Shown here: positions 9,695-20,497 of the stretch, in pieces
Layout of the letters: each line of letters opens with the position of its first letter
Numbering within the stretch: the stretch's first letter is position 1
NCBI GenBank assembly: GCA_963667035.1
Contig: OY762964.1
Span: 2,912,001-2,976,000 of the forward strand
DNA length: 64,000 nt
Reading direction: 5' to 3'
DNA from: Candidatus Cloacimonadales bacterium
Lineage (GTDB): Bacteria; Cloacimonadota; Cloacimonadia; Cloacimonadales; JAFGVF01
Position numbers and translations under genes: made by a program
Notes under the pieces: model-generated
The model's input: the letters and a program-made list of their open reading frames with translations, nothing else
What the model was told of the DNA's origin: nothing
Database searches by the model: none

Positions 9695-12346
9695 ATGAAA
9701 AAAATTTCAATCATTTTGTTTGTATGTCTATTTCTTAGTATCCTTAGTGCTGTAAAAATAGATTTGAATAAGGCAACTCTGGAGGAAATAAAGAGTTTAC
9801 CTATCTCAGAAAAACAGGCTAATGATATTTATGAATACAGACAGTATGTTAAGTTTTTTGAAGATTTGTATGATTTGAAAGAGATAGAATCAATAGATCA
9901 GGCAACTCTTCTGCAATTGAAAAAACTTGTGATAATATCACACTACGAAGAGTTAGATGAAGCTGCAAAACGTTTTGAGGAAGTCGATTATTTAATTGAG
10001 CGTTTGGGAAGTAATGAAGGATCTTCCGAAGGTATCTCAGATATTTGGAGTGATTTTCTTATGAGTCCCCAAAATGTTAACCAGATGCTATTTGAAGATT
10101 TTATAAGTCTACCCAATGTTTCTCCTATTGATGCTGTTGCTGTACTAAAAAGAAGAGCAAAGGGAGATACACTTCAGGATAAAAGAGATTTAAAAAATAC
10201 CAATGGAATCTCTTATTATGGGTATTCAAACCTTAGAAATTATGTATATTACAAACAACCTCCTATAAAGAATAAGCTGTTCTTCGATTATCAATTTAAA
10301 TATCATCTATACAACTTCGATGAAGATACTGAAGAAATGTATAAGTCAGCTTTTATTAGGGATGCATATCCCAATCCTGCACCACTTAGAACAGATTTAA
10401 CTCTGTGGGGATACATGGATTTGGATAAATATAGTCATGAAACATCTCATAAATTTAGAATACGATATGGTAATAATCTCAAAATGGGAATCATGATTGA
10501 CCAACCTAAAGCTGAAACAACAATCGAAGATGCTGAGAATGAAGATATTGTTTCCGATACCAAGTACTTTGCCAAGTATGACCAAAAATTCAATTTTTTG
10601 AATAGGCAAAATACATTAAGAATTATTGCGGGTAATTATCGAGCGACTTATGGTGAAGGTCTTACATTGGAAAACACTGATTATTATAGTCCTCGTAAAA
10701 CCGGTTATGGATTTGATAAAAGAATTTATGGTATAACGGAGGATTTATCCAGAACTGAAGTAAATGCATTGAAGGGTGTTGCTCTTGAATGGAAAAATAG
10801 TTTGTTCCAAACATCATTCTTTGTTTCAAAAGATAAGAAAGATGCTTTTGTGTACATGGATAAAGTAGTTGATGATGATGGAAACATTCATTCCGTTGCG
10901 AAAAAAGATGAGAATGGTAATTATGAAGTTCTTAGCCTTGTAAATTCAACAATTCGCTTTGAAGATGATGATATGGAAGAAGCAGAAGTGTATTTTAATA
11001 ATGAACTGAATGCGGGGTCTTCATACACAACAGGATATATTAATTTAGCTCCAAGAAAGAATATAGTTGATGAAACTCTTTACGGAGGTCATCTACAGTT
11101 TAATCCATTTATTGGGACAAGACTTGGTATGACAACATACACTTCCTATTATAATAATGCCGAGTTTATAGTTCCTGGTTATGATGAAATTGGAGAGACT
11201 GTTCTCAGAGACGAATACAATTACCAGAAAATAAAGATAGTTGATAGTGCTGTATCTGATCTTTATTCTACCAAAACTGATGATTATGATAGGGATTATC
11301 GCCAAGTTCTCGGATTTGATGGAATGACAGTATTTAACAATGTATCATTACAAGGTGAATATGCAGAGTTAACTAAGAATGGCGACTTTATGAAGCTTGG
11401 TGACGATCCTAATGCTTATCTTATTAGCTCAAGAGCTCAGTTTGATAATTTGTATCTTATTCTCTTGTATCGTGATGTACATGCTGAGTATGATAATCCA
11501 TATAGTAATTTCTTCTCAGAGAAATCTAAGTTGGACGGCACAATACTTGAAGATTCATATATGCTTACCAATCCAATGCTGAGTGACCTGGTTAGTAATA
11601 ATTCACAAAGCCAACCAGAAAAAGGTTTCTTTATTCAATCACGTTATAAATTCAATAACTATTTTACTTTGTCAAAGCTGTATCTTGATGTGTTTGAAAG
11701 AAAATCTGACCACAGAAGAACCTATAGGTTCGATAGTGCATTAGATTATCGCCCCGTACATCCTATTAGATTTAGTATCAAGTACACAAATCAAGTTAAC
11801 AGGTATGATGACGAGCTTGATCGTCAAACCTCTACAGTAAATCGCTATACTGCAGCAGTAAATGCTTATCTCTCAAATAGAGATTATTTCTCAATTGAGT
11901 ATCGTTATGATACGGTATGGGGTCCTCCTTATGTTTATCTCTTCAATAATGCAGATGGATATGGATACAATCAAAGTGCAGCCGGAAGAGTATTCCAACA
12001 TGGAGATTATATCTGTGCAAATTATACTCATAACTTTACTGAGGATTTAAAAGTAAGAGGTTCTTTCCTATTCTGGGATGGACATGGCATTTCCCATTGG
12101 GATTTCGAAGATATGGAGATGGATTTCATGGGAGCCAAAGGACATAAATACTGGGTAACACTTATAGACAGATTGTCAAATAACTTACAAGTTAGACTTA
12201 AGTATAAATACAAACAATTCTTGAACCATGATTATGAAATTAGAGGATTCTATAACGAGAATGAATATATAAATGGGCAGAATTATTATGATCTTGTAGA
12301 AAAAGACGAGCATTCAATACGTCTTCAAATAGATTGGAATTTTTAA
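9695..12346 (+). CDS. Helix-hairpin-helix (ComEA-like) domain protein with a predicted outer-membrane beta-barrel
   Basis: Signal peptide; IDLNKATLEEIKSLP and NVNQMLFEDFISLPNV HhH-like segments; amphipathic beta-rich remainder ending IRLQIDWNF. Confidence 0.75.
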   Translation: MKKISIILFVCLFLSILSAVKIDLNKATLEEIKSLPISEKQANDIYEYRQYVKFFEDLYDLKEIESIDQATLLQLKKLVIISHYEELDEAAKRFEEVDYLIERLGSNEGSSEGISDIWSDFLMSPQNVNQMLFEDFISLPNVSPIDAVAVLKRRAKGDTLQDKRDLKNTNGISYYGYSNLRNYVYYKQPPIKNKLFFDYQFKYHLYNFDEDTEEMYKSAFIRDAYPNPAPLRTDLTLWGYMDLDKYSHETSHKFRIRYGNNLKMGIMIDQPKAETTIEDAENEDIVSDTKYFAKYDQKFNFLNRQNTLRIIAGNYRATYGEGLTLENTDYYSPRKTGYGFDKRIYGITEDLSRTEVNALKGVALEWKNSLFQTSFFVSKDKKDAFVYMDKVVDDDGNIHSVAKKDENGNYEVLSLVNSTIRFEDDDMEEAEVYFNNELNAGSSYTTGYINLAPRKNIVDETLYGGHLQFNPFIGTRLGMTTYTSYYNNAEFIVPGYDEIGETVLRDEYNYQKIKIVDSAVSDLYSTKTDDYDRDYRQVLGFDGMTVFNNVSLQGEYAELTKNGDFMKLGDDPNAYLISSRAQFDNLYLILLYRDVHAEYDNPYSNFFSEKSKLDGTILEDSYMLTNPMLSDLVSNNSQSQPEKGFFIQSRYKFNNYFTLSKLYLDVFERKSDHRRTYRFDSALDYRPVHPIRFSIKYTNQVNRYDDELDRQTSTVNRYTAAVNAYLSNRDYFSIEYRYDTVWGPPYVYLFNNADGYGYNQSAAGRVFQHGDYICANYTHNFTEDLKVRGSFLFWDGHGISHWDFEDMEMDFMGAKGHKYWVTLIDRLSNNLQVRLKYKYKQFLNHDYEIRGFYNENEYINGQNYYDLVEKDEHSIRLQIDWNF

Positions 12347-12358
12347 GGTGGAGGATAA

Positions 12359-13777
12359 ATGAAAAAATATATATTACCGATAACTTTCATCCTGTGTATT
12401 ACAGGATTGTTAGCTTTTTCAGCAACAGATTATGCTTTTGGTTGTAAAGTACCATCAAATAACACTCGTTCAATGGCTATGGGTGGTACAGGGGTCGCTA
12501 AAGGATTTAGAGTAATGGATGCATTTGTTAATCCTGCTGTTTTATGTGACTTAGAAAAAGGTTATTGGGCAGAATTGAATCTTAACGGTTCTCAATTCAT
12601 GGATAAGAGAAGTTTCCCTTATTATGATTCTTTCGAAGCTTATGTTGATGAAGCTACTTATGCGACTAATTTTAATTATAATGCCCAATTCTCCGGTTCA
12701 TTTGCTTGGGTATATGATTTCGATCCAGGTATTTTTGCTATATCTGCTCGTTTTGCTCCGGTTTATGATTTTACAGGTTATTATGACGAACAGATTAGAA
12801 ACAATAATAACTCTAATAACAATGGCTATCCAGAGCGTATTGCTGATAATAAAATAGATAATGAAGGGGTTCTTAACGGTTTTTCTGTAGACTTGGCCTA
12901 TGCTAGAAATATTAACAATGATTTGATAAATAAAGCAAGCATTGGACTAGGTATAACAAGTTTAATGGGTGATATAAACCAAAAAACTACTATTGATTGG
13001 ACTGATTGGGCTATTGAACAAGCATCTACTCAAAATGATACGTTAATGAATTATGTTTATAAAAACGATAGAGACCTTTCTGGAATACAATTTAAGGCTG
13101 GCATGAATTTAGATTTAGGTGAAAGAATTTCTTTCGGTCTATCCTATTCACTTAAGACGGAAATAGAAGTCACTTCAAACATACAAAACTATCTGATAAG
13201 CAGTGTATCAGATGTAGATGGCAATTATAATACTTATTCTTATGATGCAGATGCTGCCGACAGTTTGACTGCTACTAACTATGACTTACCTTCTTCATTG
13301 CGTTTTGGTTTCAGTTATCGTCCTAGAAACATTATGAGAACTGTCATGAATGCGGAAGCAGAATATGTTACTTGGAGCGATATTAATAAAATGTATGAAG
13401 ATGCTTGGAATTATTATATCGGTATAGAGCATTCATTGAATAATGCACTGCCAATACGTATCGGTTTTAGTTCTGAAACATCCTATCAGACTATATTTGA
13501 CGGTAATGGTAAATATGCAAACAAACTAACAATGCCCTCAATAACAACAGGTACAGGATATACTGTTGCTAAGGGATTGGAACTTGATTTTGCTTTGACA
13601 TACAGTTTCAGAGAGTATGAGGCTCTTGATATGTTTATGGATAGCTTCTATTATACTGGTCACACTTACTTATGGCCTAATACTCATGTGAATATTCAAG
13701 ACAGAGATTGGGCAAATCCTGATAAAGTCAAAGAAGCATTGTTAAAAGCAAACATTTCATTTACTTATAAATACTAA
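12359..13777 (+). CDS. FadL/PorV-like outer-membrane beta-barrel protein
   Basis: Signal peptide; RSMAMGGTGVA...NPA N-terminal motif; LPSSLRFG; C-terminal aromatic (FTYKY). Confidence 0.7.
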   Translation: MKKYILPITFILCITGLLAFSATDYAFGCKVPSNNTRSMAMGGTGVAKGFRVMDAFVNPAVLCDLEKGYWAELNLNGSQFMDKRSFPYYDSFEAYVDEATYATNFNYNAQFSGSFAWVYDFDPGIFAISARFAPVYDFTGYYDEQIRNNNNSNNNGYPERIADNKIDNEGVLNGFSVDLAYARNINNDLINKASIGLGITSLMGDINQKTTIDWTDWAIEQASTQNDTLMNYVYKNDRDLSGIQFKAGMNLDLGERISFGLSYSLKTEIEVTSNIQNYLISSVSDVDGNYNTYSYDADAADSLTATNYDLPSSLRFGFSYRPRNIMRTVMNAEAEYVTWSDINKMYEDAWNYYIGIEHSLNNALPIRIGFSSETSYQTIFDGNGKYANKLTMPSITTGTGYTVAKGLELDFALTYSFREYEALDMFMDSFYYTGHTYLWPNTHVNIQDRDWANPDKVKEALLKANISFTYKY

Positions 13778-13788
13778 AGGTTATTATA

Positions 13789-15450
13789 ATGAAAAGACTA
13801 TTTCTGATAATAAGCATAATGATTCTTAGCTTAGTAGCCATTACGGCAGAAGAGTTAAGATTCGATATTATGACTACAAATGATCTTCACGGAGGGATTG
13901 ATAGGTCTAAAGCTACCTTTATCAACCCTGATTTTCCACCTCAGTTAGGTGGAGGAGGATCTGCGGCCAGATTAATTGAAATGATTCGTAATATGAGCGA
14001 TGGTAAGACCCGGGATAATTTCCTACTTGATGCCGGTGATTTCTTTCAAGGCCGTCCTGTCGGAACCGTTTCAAAAGGTAAGGCTGTAATCAAGTATCTG
14101 AACCAAGTGGGATATGAAGCTTTGACCATTGGAAATCATGAATATGATATTAATGATAAAGAGTTGTTAAAGGCTCTTCAAATGGCTGAATTTCCTATTT
14201 TATCATGTAACATAATTGATAAGAAAACAGGAGAATTAGTAGACTATGTTCAGCCATATATAATTAAAGAGAAACTCGGTATTAAATTTGGTATAATTGG
14301 TCTTACAACCACAGATACTGAGTTAATGAGTTTCCCGGAAAACATAGAAGGTATTGATTTTATTGATGAAAAGCAATCTCTCCAGAAATGGATTCCTATA
14401 GTAAAAGAACAAGCTGATATCATTATAGTTTTAGGACATTTAGGATTACCTTATGATCCGGCTTCAATGTATGAATATAGATATGGTAAAGATATTTATA
14501 AAACCTCAGACAATCGCAGATGGGGTTGGGATGCTCAGGAAATAGCACATGAAGTTGAAGGTATTGATTTGTTAATAGGTGGTCACATCCACAAAGGTAT
14601 TGCAGAGCCTTGGGCAGACCCGTTGACGCATACTCTATGCATGCAGGGTTATGCATACGGTTCTAATCTCAACGTTTTGACTCTGAAGATTGACAAGGAT
14701 ACTAAAACACTTTCCGGTTGGGAAACATTAGATGCTAATAGTGGAATGTCTATTACTCTCTTTGAGGATGAGTTTATCCCGGTACCTGAAGTTGCAGAAG
14801 CAATTCTCGAAGATCAGAAATTAGCTGAAAAGGGAATGGACGAAGTAATAGGAGAAGCCAAGATATACCTATCCAGAGAAGGAACTGATGCTCAGAACAG
14901 AATGGGTAATCTTATTATGGATGCAATGATAGATATCGTTGATGCAGACTTTGCTTTTATGAACCTTGGAGGAGTGAGAGGTACCATCCAACGTGGACCT
15001 ATAACTTATCGCCAAGTATTCACAGTTATGCCATTCGATAATCAAGTCGTTACATTTGAGTGTAAGGGTGATTTTTTAAAGGAAATTATTGAGACTAGAG
15101 TTGAAGGTGGCCGTCATGGTATGTTAGTATCTGGAGCAAAAGTCGTATATAGCAAAAAGCGTAATGACTTTGACAGAGTAACAAAGCTTGAGATTCAGGG
15201 AGAGCCTTGGGATCCCAACAAGACTTATAAAGTTGCAACCACAGATTTCTTAATGGGTGGTAATGCCGGTCTTACATTATTAACTAGAGTTCCTCAAGAC
15301 GAAATCACGAATTACAATATTAATCTTAGAGATGCTATAGTTAGCTATATCAAGAAGTACACTCCAATAGAAACTGATATCGATGATAGATGGATAAGAA
15401 ATGATAAAGCAGAATACTCTCCGGAAATGAGATCTGCTTTGGGAAACTAG
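13789..15450 (+). CDS. Secreted 5'-nucleotidase / bifunctional UDP-sugar hydrolase (UshA-like)
   Basis: TNDLHG, LDAGDFFQG, GNHEYD and GGHIH metallophosphoesterase motifs; 5_nucleotid_C-like NLGGVR and MPFDN. Confidence 0.92.
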   Translation: MKRLFLIISIMILSLVAITAEELRFDIMTTNDLHGGIDRSKATFINPDFPPQLGGGGSAARLIEMIRNMSDGKTRDNFLLDAGDFFQGRPVGTVSKGKAVIKYLNQVGYEALTIGNHEYDINDKELLKALQMAEFPILSCNIIDKKTGELVDYVQPYIIKEKLGIKFGIIGLTTTDTELMSFPENIEGIDFIDEKQSLQKWIPIVKEQADIIIVLGHLGLPYDPASMYEYRYGKDIYKTSDNRRWGWDAQEIAHEVEGIDLLIGGHIHKGIAEPWADPLTHTLCMQGYAYGSNLNVLTLKIDKDTKTLSGWETLDANSGMSITLFEDEFIPVPEVAEAILEDQKLAEKGMDEVIGEAKIYLSREGTDAQNRMGNLIMDAMIDIVDADFAFMNLGGVRGTIQRGPITYRQVFTVMPFDNQVVTFECKGDFLKEIIETRVEGGRHGMLVSGAKVVYSKKRNDFDRVTKLEIQGEPWDPNKTYKVATTDFLMGGNAGLTLLTRVPQDEITNYNINLRDAIVSYIKKYTPIETDIDDRWIRNDKAEYSPEMRSALGN

Positions 15451-15452
15451 TA

Positions 15453-15887
15453 ATGAGTAATAACGCTACGACTATTGATGAAGCATTTGCCTTCGCTTTT
15501 AAAGAGGAGTTACGTTTCAGGGAGCTATATTTTAAGCTTCACACTCTTGCTCAAGATGAAGCTACAAAAGAATTGTTCAGAGAGCTATCGGCAATGGAAG
15601 AAAACCATGTCGAAAAGCTTAAACAGATGTATAGAAAGTGTTTCGACGGGAAAGAGCCGATACTTGAAACTGTCTCCACTCCCGGAAATGCTCATGGTGC
15701 AGGAAAGCTCAATGTTCGTACCGGGCTAGAATTTGCTATCATTCGTGAAGAGTATGCAGCCGACCACTATTATATGATGGCGGATTTGGTTGATGATTCA
15801 GAAGTTAGAGACATTCTAAATGAACTTGCTCACGAAGAAGAAAACCATGCAACTTTGTTAGAAAACAAGTTAGAGATGCTATCGTAA
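15453..15887 (+). CDS. Rubrerythrin-like / ferritin-family protein
   Basis: Two E...EExH di-iron motifs (EENH twice). Confidence 0.85.
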   Translation: MSNNATTIDEAFAFAFKEELRFRELYFKLHTLAQDEATKELFRELSAMEENHVEKLKQMYRKCFDGKEPILETVSTPGNAHGAGKLNVRTGLEFAIIREEYAADHYYMMADLVDDSEVRDILNELAHEEENHATLLENKLEMLS

Positions 15888-15915
15888 ACTTCGTTATTAG
15901 TTACATAGATTACAT

Positions 15916-15941
15916 AGGGACCTTTTTAGGTCTCTTTTTTT
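15916..15941 (+). terminator. Intrinsic terminator ending the 9695-15887 operon
   Basis: AGGGACCT-TTTT-AGGTCTCT followed by a T-run. Confidence 0.65.
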
Positions 15942-16046
15942 ATCCATATTATAATATTTTCTATGTTTTCTTGTAAACTAACAGATTATTTACTTTACAT
16001 GATTTACCCACGAGTATATAATAGAATATTTTGTAAGAGGTGATAC

Positions 16047-17255
16047 ATGATAATTAAAACCAATATTCTAAACCCAGTTAATAAAGACAAATGCGAATAC
16101 AAACGTAATATGTTTCTGACACTAGCCGGAGGCAAAATTATTTCAATCACTGATAGAATATCATCCAAGCTATCTTTCCACGATTATACAGATTTTGTGT
16201 GTATTCCCGGAATGATAGATTGTCATACACATCTTTCTCAGTGGAATATTAGAGGTAAATACAAAAACAATCTTCTTGAATGGCTTGATAGCTATGTATT
16301 CCCTGAAGAACAACGTTCATTCAATAATGAATACGCAAGGAATACGGCTATTGATTTCTATAGGAATCTTGTTCTGAATGGGACAACTACAGCAGGTGTT
16401 TATGTATCAGCTTCTAAACAAGCAACCGATATAGCTTTTGAGGAAGGTGTCAAATCAGGACTTAGACTTGTAATGGGACAAGTACAAATGGATATGAATG
16501 CTCCCGATTTTCTAAAACAAGATACTATAAAGAGTTTAGAGGAGTCTGAAGAGCTATGCCAAACATGGAATGGATTCAATTCTTTAATCCATTATGCTTT
16601 TACACCCAGATTTGCCATTACTTGCTCATCAAAATTAATGAAAGGTATAGCAGATCTATCTCAAAAATATAATGCGATTATTCAGACTCATTTATCTGAG
16701 AACATTAATGAAATAAAGAGAGTCGAAGAGCTATTTGCTAGTTTTAGTAATTATACTGAAGTATATGCTGAGCATGGTCTTGTTACACCTAGGACTATTT
16801 TTGGTCATGCAATTCATTTACTTGATGAAGAGATTCAAGTACTAGTCAATAATAAATCAAAGATAGCCCATTGTCCTGACTCAAATTTCTTCCTTAATTC
16901 CGGACAATTAAAACTGGGTAGACTGAGAAGTGCAGGACTTGATATTGGGTTAGCTTCTGACGTTGCCGCAGGAACTACATTGGATATGTTCTACCATCAA
17001 AGAATGATGCTCTATCGCCAAAATACCGGTTTAGTAAAGCTCACAGAATTGTTCTATACAGCTACCCTAGGAGGAGCAAAAGCATTAAATCTTGAAGAAG
17101 AAACAGGTTCGATTGATGTTGGTAAATCAGCTGATTTAGTTTTCTTGGAAATCAATAATTCTAAGGATTCTGATAGTATCTTGTCAGAATTGATTTTTCT
17201 GTCTCCATATCCGTCTGTTTGTAAAGTAATTGTTGCAGGGAGAGAAGTAACTTAA
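16047..17255 (+). CDS. guaD: Guanine deaminase (amidohydrolase family)
   Basis: PGMIDCHTHLSQ, LLEWL..YVFPEE, TPRFAITCS, QTHLSEN, HCPDSNFFL.SG and SDVAAGT. Confidence 0.88.
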   Translation: MIIKTNILNPVNKDKCEYKRNMFLTLAGGKIISITDRISSKLSFHDYTDFVCIPGMIDCHTHLSQWNIRGKYKNNLLEWLDSYVFPEEQRSFNNEYARNTAIDFYRNLVLNGTTTAGVYVSASKQATDIAFEEGVKSGLRLVMGQVQMDMNAPDFLKQDTIKSLEESEELCQTWNGFNSLIHYAFTPRFAITCSSKLMKGIADLSQKYNAIIQTHLSENINEIKRVEELFASFSNYTEVYAEHGLVTPRTIFGHAIHLLDEEIQVLVNNKSKIAHCPDSNFFLNSGQLKLGRLRSAGLDIGLASDVAAGTTLDMFYHQRMMLYRQNTGLVKLTELFYTATLGGAKALNLEEETGSIDVGKSADLVFLEINNSKDSDSILSELIFLSPYPSVCKVIVAGREVT

Positions 17256-17263
17256 AAGTAGTT

Positions 17264-18190
17264 CTAATCCCATATTGCAACATCGAATAAACCGCTACTA
17301 TCTGCTTTACCTCTAAACATTCCGAGAGAGTTAAAAGGCATCACAATTGTTCCTGTACCATCAATAGCTATAAAGCCACCTGCATCTTGAGAAAGGTCTT
17401 TTAATGTATAAAGACTGGCTTCTTCAAGAGAAAGTCCTAAATAGGTCATTTTTGCATGAATATCGAAAGCTACACAATTTGTGATAAATAGTTCTCCTTT
17501 ACCAGTACATGAGACAGCACAACTGGAATTGTTTGCATAAGTTCCTGCACCGATTATTGGAGTATCACCAATCCTCATAAATTTTTTGTTTGTCATTCCC
17601 CCTGTAGAAGTTGATGCTGCCAGATTGTTATGAATATCAAGAGCAACAGCACCAACTGTTCCTAATGAGATATTACTATCGGAAGTATGATCCAGCAATA
17701 CTTTATCTTCATTCATTGCTTTAATCCATGCTTTATATCTATACTCGGTATCATAATAGTTGTTCTTAACTTGCTCTAAACCATTTAACTTTGCAAATTT
17801 ATCTGCCCCTGGTCCACTAAGTAAAATATGCTCTGATTTATCCATTACGGCCTTTGCTAAAAGTATAGGATTCTTTGTTGTCCTTACTCCTGTTACAGCA
17901 CCACTTTTTAGATTCTTGCCATCCATGACAGAAGCATCAAGTTCATGTTCTCCATCCGAGTTATAAACTGCTCCAAGTCCTGCATTAAACAATGGATTAT
18001 CTTCCATACTCTTAACGGCTTGAATTGTTGCATCTATTGCTGAACCTCCTGATTTTAATACATCAATTCCTCTTTGTAAAGCTCCGCTTAAACCTATTTT
18101 ATAAGCTTTAATTCTTTCGGGATCGGTTTGCTTATTTATTACTCCAGCACCACCATGTATTGCAATTGCATATTTACTAATCAAAGTCAT
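17264..18190 (-). CDS. iaaA: Isoaspartyl peptidase / L-asparaginase (Ntn hydrolase)
   Basis: IAIHGGAG, FNAG, ELDASVMDG, GTVGAVALD (catalytic Thr), STGG and RIGDTP. Start assumed at the ATG at 18190. Confidence 0.92.
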   Translation of the reverse strand: MTLISKYAIAIHGGAGVINKQTDPERIKAYKIGLSGALQRGIDVLKSGGSAIDATIQAVKSMEDNPLFNAGLGAVYNSDGEHELDASVMDGKNLKSGAVTGVRTTKNPILLAKAVMDKSEHILLSGPGADKFAKLNGLEQVKNNYYDTEYRYKAWIKAMNEDKVLLDHTSDSNISLGTVGAVALDIHNNLAASTSTGGMTNKKFMRIGDTPIIGAGTYANNSSCAVSCTGKGELFITNCVAFDIHAKMTYLGLSLEEASLYTLKDLSQDAGGFIAIDGTGTIVMPFNSLGMFRGKADSSGLFDVAIWD

Positions 18191-18818
18191 ACTCCTCGCC
18201 ATAATCGAATTTTTTATCAATCTCTTTCTTTGCAGAATGATACGAAAATCCCTTTCTTATCAAGTATTCCAAGCATTTCTGTTTATGCTTTATTTTATCA
18301 TCACACTTATATCTTCGAAAGGCATAGTCAGCTTTCTCTTTCAGATTCTCATATTCAGCATTATCATCAAAGTATTCATCAAAAGCATAATTGATAAATT
18401 CAGGTGAAACACCTTTCTCTTTTAGTTTATACATCAATTCCTTTTTACTAAAACCATTATCTTTTCCCGATATAACATATATCTCTGCAAATCTTTTATC
18501 ATTAAGAAACTTTTTCTCGAGGCAGAAATCAATCAACTGTTTAGAATAGTCCTTTGATAAAGGCAATTTTTTTAGAAATGTTTTTGCTTCCATTACAGAA
18601 CGATCTCGGTAGGTTAGGAATTTGAATAGTCGTTCTCTTGCATATCTGAGAATCTCATCTTCAAAATCAGATTGATTAAGCTCTGTTATTGTTAAGGCAC
18701 CTGTATCATCAATAAATCTGCTAAGAATTTTGCCTGACAGCAAACCAATCTCGCTATAACCATCACTGATTATATATATACTTTTTTTTCCCTGTTTTAA
18801 ATCAAATGTATATATCAT
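18177..18818 (-). CDS. recX: Regulatory protein RecX
   Basis: RDRS..E, FLNDKRFA and YLIRKGFS motifs; directly downstream of recA. Confidence 0.85.
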   Translation of the reverse strand: MIYTFDLKQGKKSIYIISDGYSEIGLLSGKILSRFIDDTGALTITELNQSDFEDEILRYARERLFKFLTYRDRSVMEAKTFLKKLPLSKDYSKQLIDFCLEKKFLNDKRFAEIYVISGKDNGFSKKELMYKLKEKGVSPEFINYAFDEYFDDNAEYENLKEKADYAFRRYKCDDKIKHKQKCLEYLIRKGFSYHSAKKEIDKKFDYGEEYDFD

Positions 18819-18827
18819 AAAAAAAGG

Positions 18828-18875
18828 AATTGTCTCATCAATAGCCTCCTTTCCGGAGTTATCAATGAGACAATT
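18828..18875 (-). terminator. Hairpin/terminator between recA and recX
   Basis: AATTGTCTCAT...ATGAGACAATT stem; on the minus strand it is followed by CCTTTTTTT and then the recX ATG. Confidence 0.7.
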
Positions 18876-18885
18876 AAATACTATA

Positions 18886-19938
18886 TTATTCTTCGATTTC
18901 TTCTGATGAATCTGATGTTATATCGGTACTTTCGAAGTCCTCAGGAGCAACTAAAGTACGCACTTTTGTTTCAATCTCATCTTTAAGTTCTGGATTTTCA
19001 TTCAAGTAAACCTTAACTTTCTCGGTACCCTGTCCAAGTCTGGTTTCACCATAAGAATACCATGATCCGCTTTTGGTAATAATATCGTGAGTTACACCCA
19101 TATCAATCAAGATATCATTATGTGAGATACCTTCACCAAAAATGATTGGAAACAGAACTGTTTTAAATGGTGGGGCAAGTTTATTTTTTACTATCTTAAC
19201 TCTGACCTTGTTACCTAAAACCTCTGCTTCAGAACCAGTACCTTTTATTGCTCCGGCATTTCTTACTTCCAATCGTACAGATGAGTAGAATTTAAGAGCA
19301 ACACCACCGGTAGTTGTTTCAGGATTAACATAAGAAGGTACACCGATTTTCATACGAGTTTGATTAATAAAGACTACGGCACAATTAGTTTTAGAGATTA
19401 TTGAAGTCAATTTTCTCAAAGCTTGTGACATTAAACGAGCTTGAAGTCCAACATGACTGTCTCCCATAGCACCTTCAATCTCTTGTCTAGGCACTAAAGC
19501 GGCAACAGAATCAACAATGACCAAGTCAATAGCATTACTTCTTACAAGAGCTTCAACTATTTCCAATGCCTGTTCTCCACCATCAGGTTGAGAAATAAGC
19601 AAATGGTCAATATCAACACCAAGCTTTCTTGCATAGTGAGGATCTAAGGCATGTTCTGCGTCAATAAAGGCAACAACTCCACCCTGCTTTTGACACTCAG
19701 CAGCAACATGAAGCGTAAGTGTTGTTTTTCCGGATGCTTCAGCACCGTAAACTTCGGTGATACGTCCTTTTGGTATACCACCAATACCTAAAGCTAAATC
19801 AAGATTTAATGCACCGGTTGAAATAGTGTCTACATTAATATTAGGTTTATCACCCATCTGCATGACGGTTCCAATACCAAACTTTTTTTCCAGTTGGGTT
19901 ATAGCAGTTTTTAAGGCTGCTTCTTTGTTTTTATCCAT
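18886..19938 (-). CDS. recA: Recombinase RecA
   Basis: GAEASGKTT Walker [20 protein letters not shown] and [10 protein letters not shown]; start MDKNKE follows GAGGAGG. Confidence 0.98.
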   Translation of the reverse strand: MDKNKEAALKTAITQLEKKFGIGTVMQMGDKPNINVDTISTGALNLDLALGIGGIPKGRITEVYGAEASGKTTLTLHVAAECQKQGGVVAFIDAEHALDPHYARKLGVDIDHLLISQPDGGEQALEIVEALVRSNAIDLVIVDSVAALVPRQEIEGAMGDSHVGLQARLMSQALRKLTSIISKTNCAVVFINQTRMKIGVPSYVNPETTTGGVALKFYSSVRLEVRNAGAIKGTGSEAEVLGNKVRVKIVKNKLAPPFKTVLFPIIFGEGISHNDILIDMGVTHDIITKSGSWYSYGETRLGQGTEKVKVYLNENPELKDEIETKVRTLVAPEDFESTDITSDSSEEIEE

Positions 19939-19951
19939 AATTAATTCCTCC

Positions 19952-20497
19952 TCAAAATTCATAATCAAAGAGGGGAATATAATGGGGTCCCTTCTTTGAG
20001 AGAGTGCTTTTAAATAAAGTTATTTCAGGTACCCGAAACTTATAGTCTGATAAGAGATAACCAATATACTTGTTCATCACGGGAGTCGGTATTACACCTT
20101 TAATTCTTCCTATAGTAATATGAGGTTTATAGCTTTTAATATCAATGTTAGGGCATATTCTTGACAATTTTTTATTCATAGTTCCCACTATTTTATCTAT
20201 CAGTATATTACACGAGAGCTTAATACAGATGAGACTTGGTTTTTTGGCCGGAATAAGTTCAATCACTTCCATTTTAAATTCTATCTTATCTATTTGTGAG
20301 AAGACCTCTTCAACAATATCATATATCTCATCTACTAAATTCTCGTTTACATCTCCCAGAAAACTAAGTGTAACATGCAGATTCTCAGTCTCAACCCATT
20401 TCACTCCGAAAGGTAGTATTGAGCTAAAGCTACTAATAGCTTCTACAGCAAAATCTCTAATTTCATCAGTAAGTTTGAATGCCAGAAAAGCTCTCAT
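19952..20497 (-). CDS. thpR: RNA 2',3'-cyclic phosphodiesterase (2H family)
   Basis: MRAFLA start; two HxT motifs (NLHVTL, PHITIGR); S.L...GP.Y. Confidence 0.9.
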   Translation of the reverse strand: MRAFLAFKLTDEIRDFAVEAISSFSSILPFGVKWVETENLHVTLSFLGDVNENLVDEIYDIVEEVFSQIDKIEFKMEVIELIPAKKPSLICIKLSCNILIDKIVGTMNKKLSRICPNIDIKSYKPHITIGRIKGVIPTPVMNKYIGYLLSDYKFRVPEITLFKSTLSKKGPHYIPLFDYEF

